A DNA stretch of 64,000 bases from Oikopleura dioica (lineage: Eukaryota; Animalia; Chordata), in NCBI GenBank assembly GCA_907165135.1, contig OU015568.1:2604001-2668000 (forward strand), in the 5' to 3' direction. A model generated the notes under the pieces. It did not search any database. It was given only the letters and a program-made list of their open reading frames with translations, and was not told the DNA's origin. A program made the position numbers and the translations under genes. Shown piece after piece: positions 35,359-49,168 of the stretch (its first letter is position 1; each line of letters opens with the position of its first letter).

Positions 35359-38177
35359 TTAGCTTCTTCTCTTCCGATTCAAAGTCTTTTTCAGAAATAT
35401 TTCATAAAGTGCTTCTGAAGAAGTGTAGTGATTGTTCATGACGTCGACGCATGCTTTCTTTTGTTGATCTTCGAGGCCGGAGCAGTCTTTGTCGTGGTAG
35501 ATGTGGACCAAGTTCGGCTCGACAGCGCGGAAAATATTAACGTCTTTTTCTATTAGTCTCTCGGCGAGCTTGACATCTTCGAGGCCCCAGCCGATGATGG
35601 ATTTGTCGTATCCGCCTTTATATTGGGTAGAAAATTGACGTTGTACTAGAAACCCTCACTGGACAAAAAGCATCATTTTGTTATTTTTTAAAACGAAAAG
35701 GAATGTACTATTCCGAATGTTCTTCTTTTTATCGAAATTTTTGGTTTCATTTTCCACCCCAATTCCTGATTTAACCAAATCGGATCTGTAAATCGAGACC
35801 ATACCGTATCCAAAATTTCTCCAAAAACCGTGACGGTCCGTCACACCGTCTGGTTCCGGCCGTTTTTTAAACTGGGAGAAGATTATTGGCATGTAAGCTT
35901 GGCCGATTCTCGTGTTGGAAATGATGTTTTGCAGGAGCTTCCGCTTGAATGCCATATCGATGTCGACCATAAACAGAATTGATTGCTAAAAGAAATCGTT
36001 AATTATTTCCATCACTTTTCAATTTTGCGTACCATTGGTCTTGAATCCGCGCCCATCTGTAGCCCAATGCCTCTGCTAAAATCAGCCTTGGAAGTGATCA
36101 CATCAAAGTCAAGCTCGCAGGTGAATTTCTCCTTTGCAAGTTTTTTCAGATTCGCCAATTTTCCTCGGAGACTCTTAATTTCTTCTTTGTGCTCATTCTC
36201 CTTGAAATAGACGAAAATGAGATTGATGCCATACGATGAAGAATCAAAGTCATCACGGATATTTTTCAGGAATCGGTCCACTTGATCCTCTCTTCCGACA
36301 AGAGGAATGATAAAATCAATGCTCTCGCATTTTTTGTGGAAAACTTCGATCGCTTTTGTCTCCATTCCGCCAAGAGTTTTTTTGACGATCGCCGAGTCTT
36401 TTACTCCTTCTTCATTTTTCACTTCGAACTGATAGATGTAGCTGTTTTTGCTTCTGCCGTATGAAAGGCTCTTCCATGATTTTTCATAGCCAAGGAGTGA
36501 GAAAAAGCCATCAACCGCGGCTCCTCGATTGATTTGGACGGGATTGTCTTGGTCAAGTTTGTAGTGATACACTTTTCCGTCATCTTCTTTTCGGTAGGTT
36601 TCGAAGATGTCATCAGTTTCCTCTGAAAACAAAAATGAGTGAAAATTTCTAGCACTTCGACTACCGAGAGGGCTTGGCTTTGTATGAAGAACCACCTTCA
36701 GCATCTTTTTCTGAAGATCATTGATTCTGTCTTGAATAATCTGCGCCTCGTATTTGAGCATGTCCAGTCGTGAATTCTGCTGATAAGGATAGAACTTGTT
36801 CGAGTGCAGCGTCATCGCTTTTTTGACTTTGTCGCTCACTTTTTTCATGTCAATATTGTCCCAGCTTGAGCTTTGCCCGGGCTTGAGCGGACGCGGTCGG
36901 TAATTGTTCCAGAAAAAATCTGGTGTGTCCCGTGCGTTGGTACAGGTGAGATTTAGATGATTGTAGAAACAGCGGCCAAGTTCGATGTCTTCGTGTTCTG
37001 AGTAGATTTCTTCCTTGAGGCATTTGTGCAAATGCGGGCGAATCTGCTTGATCGCCTCTCTGGAAAAGATGATGCCCGTTCCGCCCATACAGTAAGTCAT
37101 TTCCTTCGGCACATAATCATCCGGGTCCCGCCCCATTCCTGCATTGCCGATCATCAAAGGCTTCGACGGGTCAAGTTTTTAAGAAAGGCTTCGACGCGGG
37201 GAAAGTTGAGGTAAACATCGTCATCGAGTCGCATGAACCAGTCGAAATTGTTGAGCTCGACATCGTGAAAATGTCTATGTGGGTTTTCAAATAAATTAAC
37301 TTGAACCGCAGAAAATGGGGTTCGGCGGAAAAACGGATTATATTTCATTTTGATAAAAGTTTTCTCGAAATTTGATCGGTTTTGATTTCTCGAAATATAT
37401 TTTATGTGAAACCATAACTCGCATAAATCCTGGTGAAGTTGGGCTCTTTTCTATTTGGAGCCGAATGATATATATTCGATATTCATTCTTTTGTTTTCAG
37501 TATTTCAATCCAATAAATATTATTATAAAACCCTCCTGATAACAGAATACGATTTCCTCTGCGGCGGGTACATATTATCATTAACTCCCTGCAGCGTGAT
37601 AATATTCAAACTATCAAATTTTAGATTCTCCGAATTGTCAGAAAACACAGTCACTTTTCCGCCATTTTTCGTCACGTCAAGTGCCCATGATTCGGCAATA
37701 TCTCTTGTTCGTCGCATCAGAAATTTCTGAGCAGACATGACTCCGATGTTGACGAGTTGGCGGTGCTGTGTTGATTCTTCGATGGGGATCATGTCGACGA
37801 AAGAGGCCGAATGAGGGTGGAGGGTTTCGTCGTGGATGCATTTTTCGACGAGGTAGTTTCGATGGAGTCTTGGAATGATAAAAATAATTTGAAAATAGTT
37901 CAAAGAATCTGACAGTTACAACTTGAAGTGATTTAACAAGCTCTTCGTAGAATCTAAAGAATAAAATTATATATTTTTTCCCTCAAAAATGTTCTTTATG
38001 GTGACTGAAATCTTTTGAAAGAATTCAAAATTTGAAGTCTTTTTATCAAGACTATCTTTATATCAAGCCTTTTTATCAAGAATTTTTTTTTATCATTTTC
38101 CTGATTGTGATTCCAAAAGAAAATCCCAGCAAACAGAGCAAAAGTTGCGTCTGGTGCTTTTGTAGTCGCTTCCACAT
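35359..38177 (-). CDS. CHSY1: Chondroitin sulfate synthase 1/3-like; contains an apparent frameshift at about 37178
   Basis: IGVMSAQKFL, YPPQRKS, FDWFMRLDDDVY, YCMGGTG, HEDIELGRC, VDIDM, GFWRNFGYGM, GWGLEDV. Confidence 0.88.
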
Positions 38178-38562
38178 CTCTTCAATTCTGACTGGCTTCA
38201 TTTTCCGCTGGCGGGACCATAAAAACTTGAGTATTGCGAAGCACTTTATTGTGAATAAGGGCAGCTAGGATTATGTAGGATCGCGGTGTAAAAACAGAGA
38301 AATGGAGCTGGCGATGGGTAGCGCGCGCGTTTTTGTTCTGACTTTTTACGATTCCCACCTGCTTTGTATTAATGCTGCGTGTGTAAACGTCACTTCTAGC
38401 GCGACTTTTCACTGCTGAATGGGCTTTGAGAAGATTTTTATTATCATGGAGACGGAATTTTTTAAACTTAAGTATCTTGATTTTTTATAAAACTGCATAT
38501 TTTATTGGCTAAGAAGCAGAAAATACACTTTTGCTCAGCACTTTTGACAGAAAGAAATGTGT

Positions 38563-40676
38563 TTAGCAGTCGTCTTCGAATCGGCAGATTATTCCACGAG
38601 TTTCAGAGCAAGGGACGTCGTTCCACTTATTATTTTCAGTGGCTTCGACACAGTTTTCGTTACCGCTTCCGTTGTCAGGCTGGCTCTCATCCCAGTTGAA
38701 AAATGGGGGCTCTTGTCGGTCAAGGCCGATGAATCTATTGCCGCGTTTTGTTCGTCTAACTCCGATCCAGTCTGATCGCTCAAGTCCTTCACGGGCAGAT
38801 TGGAAAAGCTCAAACTCCTCCTTCAAGATTATTTTTAAAATAGTTGATAAAAAACAAAACTTACATGAGTTTCGAAATGTGCTAGTTCTCCACCAACAAA
38901 TCGGCAAATTCTTTTTCCCACTTTCCAATTAACTTTGATGTTCTTTGGGAGAACTTCGTATCTTGCGCACTTGGGTCGGAATGATCTGATTTCGAACTCT
39001 TTCACGCCAAGATCCGAAATCACGTAAGCGTGCGGAGCCCATGAAAGACTTCCGCCAACTTGATTGAGAATCGGTGAACCACCCTCTGTTCTATCAGAAA
39101 TGAGAATGGCTCTCAAAACTCCGTCGATTTCCAATCTTCTGAAGATCTCGCCGTCTTCGCCGAACCACTAAAATCCGTTTTAAAGTTAATTCAAGATGAC
39201 GATTATTTTACCTGATTGACGACAATACTCATGTATCCTTCTTCGGAGCAATCATAGTCATGAAAAAAGAGAGCTGACCGAAGCTCGTCATCAACGATAG
39301 CTTCCCGGACGTCATCCCCGAAAAATTGAAGTGTGTCCGTGCTTTTGTTCAAATGATCGACAAAGATTTGATAGAATGTAGGTGTTGATGGATTCCCGTC
39401 TGAAACGGTTCTGATTTCGAAACCAGCAAAGCTCTTGACGATGTGAGACCATTTTCTAATGTTGGATGAAATTTTGACATCTATGATATGATTTATCCGT
39501 TAAAAATATTATTTGTAAATATATTTTCACCCCGAACCCATTCCCCTTTCCCCAGAACCATGTAGTTTCTTCAGTGCTTACATCAACAATACACTCGACT
39601 TTGACTTTGATTTCGTACTCTTCGTTGTCCTTGACATCACAGGCGCTTTCAAATTCTTTCTTGCCTCCATCGATCTCTGTTGCACGGAGTGGGAATCCCC
39701 GATCAAAATTTTTGGCAAGTTGCTTCTTGAACCTTCGGAGTCTAAGCAATGATTGGTATAAGTGGGAATCATTCGGTCTTACCCATGAAGAAGGCTCCTT
39801 GAATGAACGAATTTCGAAGTCTTTGACGCCAAGATCCGAGATTCTATAGAAAGCTGGAGCGATTGGTAGGTCGCCGCCGACCTGGTTGAGCAGAGGTGAG
39901 CCGAGTTCTTTACCATCGGAAATGAGAATCGCTCTCAAAATCTCGTCGATTTCCATCCTTCTGTACGTTTTTCCATCTTCACCAAACCACTACAATCCAT
40001 GTGAGAACTTATGACGAAGATTGTACTACCTGTTTGACCACAATGTTCATATATCCGCTTTCGGTACAATCATAGTCATGAAAAAAGAGAGCTGACCGAA
40101 GCTCGTCATCAACGATAGCTTCGCGGACATCATCCCCGAAAAATTGAAGAGTGTCGGTATTTTTGTCCAAGTGGTCGACAAAGATTTGATAAAATGTCGG
40201 TGCTAATGGATTGCCGTCTGTGACGGTTCTGATTTCGAAACCAGGAAAACTCTTGACGATGTGGGACCACTTTCTTTAGCGGGATGATTTAAACATATTT
40301 GATATGATTGATCAATTAAAAATCTTATTTCTGAATGAATTATCACCCCGACCCCATTACCCTTTCCCCAGAACCACGTCGTTTCTTCGGTGCTTGTATC
40401 AACGATGCACTCAACTTTGACTTTGACTTCGTATTCTTCGTTGTCGTTGACTTCACAGGTTGTCTCAAATTGCTGCTTACCACCATCGACTTCTGTAGCA
40501 CGAAGTGGAGTCTCTCCGATCAAAGATTCTTCGCAATATGCATATCGAGCTGGAGGAGTCTACAAATAAAAGAAATAATATAGAAAGCCATTCGCGCTTT
40601 TTTTTACCCATGATGATGGCTCCACTAATGCGTTGGACAGTGAAATCTCTGCAAAAGCGAAAAATATATTTTTCAT
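38563..40676 (-). CDS. Secreted protein: two tandem copies of an unrecognised domain plus a C-terminal C-type lectin domain
   Basis: Signal MKNIFFAFAEISLSNA; duplicated exon blocks; CTLD with WIG, QPD, ENC and WNDVPC. Confidence 0.8.
38985..40515. repeat. Internal tandem duplication of coding exons and introns, period about 820 bp
   Basis: For example catagtcatgaaaaaagagagctgaccgaagctcgtcatcaacgatagcttc occurs at about 39253 and about 40071. Copies span roughly 38985-39700 and 39805-40515. Confidence 0.9.
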
Positions 40677-41926
40677 CCTTTCTTCAGGAGTCTGATACTT
40701 TTCATGACAACTCTCCTCATTTTATAGGGAGCCAAGAAAAACCGTGCGCATTCTACGCCACCAAGCGCACGTCGCATGCAACGCCGCCAAGCGAACTTCA
40801 ACGTAAAAATATATGACTACCTTTGCTCCGTTGTTCCCTTGTTTAGGAGTAGTGCCAATTTAATCCAATGAACAAAGACATGACTCAAGAATGATCAGAA
40901 TTTAAAAAAATTTTTCTCCCCTGAAAAAGCCTAGGATAAGAGCCATTCGATAACTCTAGAATCTGTGCTTTCGTTAATTACTGTTAGAGGGAAGAAAGGA
41001 GGCGAATTGATAGGTAACCCCTCTTTTCTTTAGAGTACCATCTTTGGTTAACTCTTCATTGGAATAAAACTTTTTCTTAAAATTTTCATAGTCGAACAAA
41101 ATTTACCCCTTTTTTCAACGTTGGTTCATCCAACTTGGTAGGTAAAAGCACATATAGGAAGACTTTGACACGTTTTAGGAAAGCGGTTCGCGTATTTTTA
41201 GGTTTGAACTCCTAGCTACCTTTTCGGTACACTTTTCGGCAGATTATTAAGGTCAAGCGGACCATACTTGTACGATAAGACGAGGATTTACGAGAGGATA
41301 AGGCTTAGAATGTCGACTTCGCTTTCTAAAACGTAAATTAAGCGCGTGCAACATCACTCATGACAACATGTTACATGATTTCTCTTAAGTTTTTCAGCAA
41401 AGTTCCATCTTCAAACGTGTTCTTCGAATGCCTTATCTTCGGCAAATGCTCGTTCGAATCCCTAGTATCAAGACTGCGTGCTCCGAGACATATAATTATG
41501 GACGGGGAATCTTCTTATTTTTGTTTTCACGTTCAAATTGGAAAAATAAAAAGTTCGAAAGAAAACCGTTTTTCTTTGGGAACGTCCCCCAGATGAATTT
41601 TTCGGGAGAATTCTCAGGCGGGGTCAACCTTTTGACAAGAATATCTAGCGTCCCATACACCCGACTGACGTAAAATATGACTGTTTGTCGGATTTGTGTT
41701 CTGAGAGAGCGGCTTGTGGGTTTTTAGAAGTTGGGAGAATAGGTGGGTACTGACTTTGTCAGAAATGTCAAATTGCTCTTCTAACAAGAAAAGCATGGTT
41801 TTTCGTACAAATGACTTGATTGTATATTCAAATTAATTTATTCAGGCAGTGATTTTTGCAAATATTTAGTTTTAAGCAATATTGATAATATTATTTGATA
41901 AGAATCGAGCATAACTAGGTATTACT

Positions 41927-44900
41927 CTATCCTAGCTTATGAACATCCCCAAGAGTAATATCAACTCCATTCTTCATCTCTTCAAAGATCATGATTGTAT
42001 TTTCACCGGTTCTAAAAATAACATTTAAATTTGGCATTTTAAAACTTTTGATTATTTTACCTCAGAATGGGAGCAGGGATGAAGTAAGTCTTTTGTGGCC
42101 CGAGATCCGTGTATCTTCCGATGTTGAATCCATTGACCATTATTGTGCCCTTTTTCCAGCCAGCTGGCTCTAGAAAGGTGTCCTTTGGCGAGCCGTTTAT
42201 GTTGAAGACAAATTTGAATATTCCGGGCAATGAAGCAGATCTATAGCTTTTCGACCAATCTGATGATTTCTCCAGAGCACTAGAATCTAATTATCTGTAG
42301 TTGCAACTTTCAAACTTACTCAAAATGAGTTTGATTGAAAGGAAGATGCGTCATCTTCCAATTCTTGAGCTGGCGACCATTTACTTCGATGGGCGCTAGA
42401 ATTCCTTTCCGCTGGTCGTTGAGGATCCCGTGATCGCCAGGACGAACCCAATTTATTCGACCCTGAAAAAAGCAGTTACAAATTTGAAAATCATAAAAAA
42501 TTCTTATATTTTTGGAAGTGGACTTGCCGATCAAAGTGTACTTGAGCCAAATAAATAAACAAATTTAACCGTTCTAATTAAGCTGAATCTGGTACCTGAT
42601 TTTCTACAAGAATCGTGAAAGTATGCTTATCACTGCTCGGCGACGCGAAGGATGCATCTTTCATCTTCTGCTCGATTTTTCCGACATATTTTCCATCGAG
42701 CAGAATCATCGCTCGATCTCGAACAATTCCATCTTTCAAGTCAATCACTTGCTGACCTCCTCCCCAAGTGTTTGTTTCGTACGCGACGTATCCGTAGTAC
42801 GCCCTTAGTTCTTCCATTGAAAGGGGCTGATCTGCAGTTGTTGCAAAGGATGAAGAAGCGGAAATCAGTTGAGCAAAAGAGAGACAAGAAGTGGGTGAGA
42901 GATCTCCGTATTTGGCCTTTTCGGGAACAGGTAAAGGAGTTGGAAGAGTGGAAAGCTTCAGAGTACTCCTCATCACTTGCTGCATTCTCGTGAACTTCTG
43001 CCGCAGCTCTCCATTCTCTCCAACGAGAGCATCGTAATCATAAGAAGTAACGTCCGGCACAAAATTATTATCTAAAAACAGGAATGAGAGTTGATTTTTC
43101 AAAAAGGTTTGACTGAAGTGGGATTCGAACCCACGCCCCCGAAGAGATTGGAGCCTTAATCCAACGCCTTAGACCGCTCGGCCATCCAGTCCTGAGGCTC
43201 AACTTGGCACCAATTCTAGTGATTATTGAGTTATCTTACCTTTTCCGCCTTGAATTATCCCACCATTCCAGAAGCCATAATTCGTGCCTCCATGAAACAT
43301 GAACAGATTAAAACTAGCTTCTTGTTCGATCAAATCTTTCGTCGTTCCGACAAATTTATCCAGCCCAAATTTATTCTTCCACGGAAAACCGAGTGTGTGA
43401 TGTTTCTCGCCCCACCAGTCGAACCAGCCAGTCCAGTACTCCGCCACCATCGCCGGTCTATTGGGTTGATGAATTCGAAGTGAAGAGATGGTGTCGACGG
43501 GGTCTTCCTGTAAATTGATTGTAAGGAGGGAGTCTTTGAGGGGAGTTCCGAGGGCGAGGCCGTTGCTGTCGTCGCATGTGTAGAGGAGTTCGGTTACGCC
43601 GGCTTCGAGGAGGGTTTTCTTGAGAGAGGGGAGGTAGGAAGAATCCTGCTCGTAGACGCCATACTCGTTTTCAACCTGAAGAAGATGGATTATCAAGCTG
43701 TTATGTAATCGTTGAAAATGAACTTCCATTCTCCACATTGATTGAATCCGGAACTCGTGTTCGGAAAATCAAGCCGTGATTTATATGAGAAAGGTCTTGG
43801 AAACCCCGTTTTCCTACTGATTAATCGATGTGACCTCTATAAAAGTGAAATAAAATTAAAATTTGAAAGCTCTCGCGAGTGTGAAATTTACATTGTCAAT
43901 ATAAGAACACTAGGGCTCGATAAAATCGTCACTCTTGTTTTTTAGAATAAAGATCATGAGTTCAAATTTTATTTTTTCCAAGTTTTTCGACGACTACTGG
44001 AAACCTACTGTAGCTCAAGAAACAGATAAACAACAGGATTCAATCCTGGCGCGACTAGAAAAACATGAAAAAATGATTCAAGAGCTGCAGCAAGAAAACA
44101 AACAACTAAAAACAATGGTCAAAGAACAAGCCGGTAAAATTCGAAAACTCATGAAAACTGAGGAAGAAAATGAGGAGGAAAATGAAGACGAAATGTCGGC
44201 AATTTCAGCGCTTGAATTCGGAAATAGAAAAGCAGTAATTGTACGGGAACGCTCAATTTCTCAATTTTACTGAACTCCCATTTTTCAAATCCTACCTGAA
44301 TGGCAATAATCGGCCCTCCTTGTGAATACTGCAAATCTTCTATTTCCTTTACCAATCTTTTCAGCCACCTTTTCGCTGCCTTCATAAAATCATCCTGCGT
44401 CGACCTTATCTTCATCCCCTTTTTCGTCAGCAACCAAGCCGGCAGACCTCCCCACTCCCACTCTGCGCAAATGTACGGCCCGACTCGTAATAAAACATTC
44501 AGTCCATATTTTTCCGCTGTTTTGATGTATTCTCGCAGGTTTTGAAACCCGTCGAATTTGAAGTCGCCTTCAAAAGTTTCGTGAAAATTCCACGGAACAT
44601 AGGTTGACAGGGTATTGAGTCCCGCTGCTGGAAAATTGGACATCCGCTGATCCCAGTAGTCCGGGTGGACACGGAAGTAGTGCATCTCGCCGGAGTAGAT
44701 GGATAGCTCTTTGCCGTTCAGAGTAAAATGGGGTCCTTCAGCCTTGAGACCTTCTCTCACAGTCTTCTCCTTCTTCGCCTCTCTGACATGCTCGCCCTTA
44801 TGCTTTGGCAAAATATTCAACATCTGAAGTTCAAAGTGAACGTAGACCATAAGCAACAAAGTCGACAAAATTGTCAACGGCGCTCGATTCTGCCGGAAGA

Positions 44901-44931
44901 GTCTCGCAATCTTCGTCGACAATCTTGCCAT
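41927..44931 (-). CDS. GH35 beta-galactosidase (GLB1L2/3-like), type II membrane
   Basis: YSGEMHYFR, TYVPWNFHE, RVGPYICAEWEWGGLP, IIAIQVENEYG, AEYWTGWFDWWG, FNLFMFHGGTNYG, TSYDYDA. Confidence 0.93.
43110..43191 (-). tRNA. tRNA-Leu (AAG), inside beta-galactosidase intron 43072-43239
   Basis: Acceptor stem GACTGGA/TTCAGTC, A-box TGGCCGAGCGG, anticodon arm TTGGA-TTAAGGC-TCCAA, long variable arm, GGTTCGAATCC, downstream TTTTT terminator. Confidence 0.95.
43956..44273 (+). CDS. Single-exon coiled-coil ORF nested antisense in beta-galactosidase intron 43676-44295
   Basis: 105-aa ORF with heptads (LARLEKHEKMIQELQQENKQLKTMVKEQ) and an acidic tract; ATG follows tttttag|aataaagatc. Confidence 0.55.
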   Translation: MSSNFIFSKFFDDYWKPTVAQETDKQQDSILARLEKHEKMIQELQQENKQLKTMVKEQAGKIRKLMKTEEENEEENEDEMSAISALEFGNRKAVIVRERSISQFY

Positions 44932-45181
44932 GGTCTTTTTTTCTCTACGATTTTTATTCAAGGGTTTTTTTCGATAGATTGAAAAAGGCGGTAGAAAAGA
45001 AAAACTTTACGGTCGGGAGTTTGCCCCGCGGGGCACCTACCGCAACAACGCTTGAATCGTGTCTTGAGAAATATTGAAAGGAAAAAGTGCTCAAATAGTG
45101 ACTTTCCTGCTGATGAAATCGTAAAATGTCAAGCAATTATTTATTAAAAGAAAATATATCAATGGGAATAAAAAATAATCC

Positions 45182-45728
45182 TTATTCACTTATGGTTTGA
45201 GCCGTTGTTTCTGACTCAGAAGCTGATACTGGTATTCCGGTAGTTGCAGCTAACGTCGTTGACTGAACTGGTTCATGAACTAGTGTCGATTTTTCTCCAA
45301 GTGAAGGATTTTGTTCTGTCCCGATCGCCGTTGAAAAGATGTCAGTTGATGGAAAAGTCTCTGCTATGGGCGAAGCCTCAGTTGTCGCGGATATATTTGT
45401 TGATAAAACGGCGGCAGTTGTTTTCGGGAGGAGCAAAACGCAAGGCACGACAATTGCACTGATGATCGCGCTGACTCCGAAGACAATCGCAGCAATTTTA
45501 AGCTTATTTATGAAGAAATTAACAGTATTTTGACTGACGCGAAAAACTTACCCATCGTCGCCATCGCCGATCTTTCACTTCCTGAAAACTCGCGACTTCC
45601 TGATCACTTGTGTTCTCGTATTTTTCGCTCGTAACGGTGGCCAAGCTCGTCGCCGAAGCGGACGCAATAGAATTTTCTAAAAAAAAACAAATCACTGGAT
45701 TTTACTTTTTCAAATTACCTTCTGACAT
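45182..45728 (-). CDS. Small type II membrane, Ser/Thr-rich (mucin-like) protein
   Basis: Basic RRWRRW then hydrophobic IAAIVFGVSAIISAIVVPCVLLL and a Thr/Ser-rich ectodomain. 3' end uncertain. Confidence 0.5.
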
Positions 45729-46046
45729 GTCGATTTCTTGAAAATTCCGTGGGCCTTTCGGTAGTGAACGTTCATTTTTAAGGCTTTTTGTTGACATGAA
45801 CAAATTTAAACTTGCGGAAAAAACGCATATCGCTGCCAAATCTCAGGATGCTGTCTATCATCGCTATCAAAAAGCTGCAAGTGTAATTGATTACGTCGCT
45901 TTTCATGATCTACTTAATAAAAAAAATTGAGATAAACAAAATAGGAAAAACGAAATCAATTTATTTCACCAAGCAGAAAATTTTTGAATCTTTTAATTGA
46001 TGAGAAGCACTTGGGATCAGCTTTGATGAAAAAAAACAGAGGAAGT

Positions 46047-48017
<1,971 letters not shown>

Positions 48018-48515
48018 GATCTCTTAATGTTTCCCCGATAAGTGAGATTTCAAAAATGACCCTTTCCCTGGCCGCCCCGTCGACTTAAAAATAACTCCAG
48101 ATATCCCCAGAGACCTTTTTAACTCCCTCCCAGACCCGTTTCTCCTTGCCTCATTTGGAAAGCAGAAAAACTGCTCGTAGATCAAAGGCGAATTAATACC
48201 GCAGTGGGCAGGTCTAATGAGAAATGCGTATTCTTAGCCGGCCAGAGAAAATCAATTTTCCTTGTTCTCGTGGGAACAGAGAACGGGTTTGATTATTTAT
48301 GGTGCTTATTGAACTTTTGGCAGGGCGAGGGATTGGCCTTTTTATGGCTCTACGAGGAGCGCTTCTATTCTGGGTTAACTTTTTAAACGTTTCTTGGATA
48401 ATCGATTGTTTGAAAAAGAAGCGCTAGAAAAGTTCATATACAGATTTATACTTCAAGAAAAAGATTATATTGCATGATATTTTATTGAAAGAAAATTGTG
48501 AAGAAAGAAAGGAAT

Positions 48516-49168
48516 TTACATCATTTTCTTGCCCATCTTCTTGTTCTTCTTGTCCATCATATCCATTGGAGCCCTTTCTGGCTCTGGTTCGTACCCTGTT
48601 GGACGATCTTCGTCAATAGCTGGAGCAACAACTGGGGCTGCGCATTGCCAGGTAACCTCGAGATACTTGGTGGTTCCGTAGCATGGATCGCCAACGAAGC
48701 CATTGGAGAAGCTAAAAATATCAAAAAGAAGGTGGTGGAAAAAAGGAACTTACGAGAGATTGCACTGTCGTCGTCCATTGCATCGGTCCTTGATGACCTG
48801 AGTAGCATCTGACTTGCAAGTTCCAACAGCGTTGTAAAGTCGGCCAGTTCCTCGCTGGACGTTGCAGATCTGGTTGTTTTCTCGTCCGTACCAGGCGTTG
48901 GTGATCCTGAGGGTTTCGCCTCGCTCGCATCGGATCAATCGGTTGTTCTCGCCTAAAATGGAGAAAAAAAAGAGAAAGTGGAAATATATCATTTTTTACC
49001 TTGGTAGGCCCACTCGCAAGAATGAGCGATCTGTGGAGGGGACAGCCTGACTCCATATTCAATAGCTCCAGCAGCCTGGATATCAATTCGGTTTCGCGCA
49101 TTTGGTCGACCATTATGGCTGCCTCGTTGGGCAGCGGTGAGGGAGAGAACTGCTGGCAAAAGTTTCAT
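48516..49168 (-). CDS. Secreted SUEL (rhamnose/galactose-binding) lectin
   Basis: Signal MKLLPAVLSLTAA; HSCE...IRC...ITNAWYGR...C...DRCNGRRQC...GDPCYGTTKYLEVTWQC. Confidence 0.88.

Noticed and set aside
44954-45136. VAVGAP resembling an integrin FG-GAP motif
   Set aside because: An isolated match with no other repeats or context.
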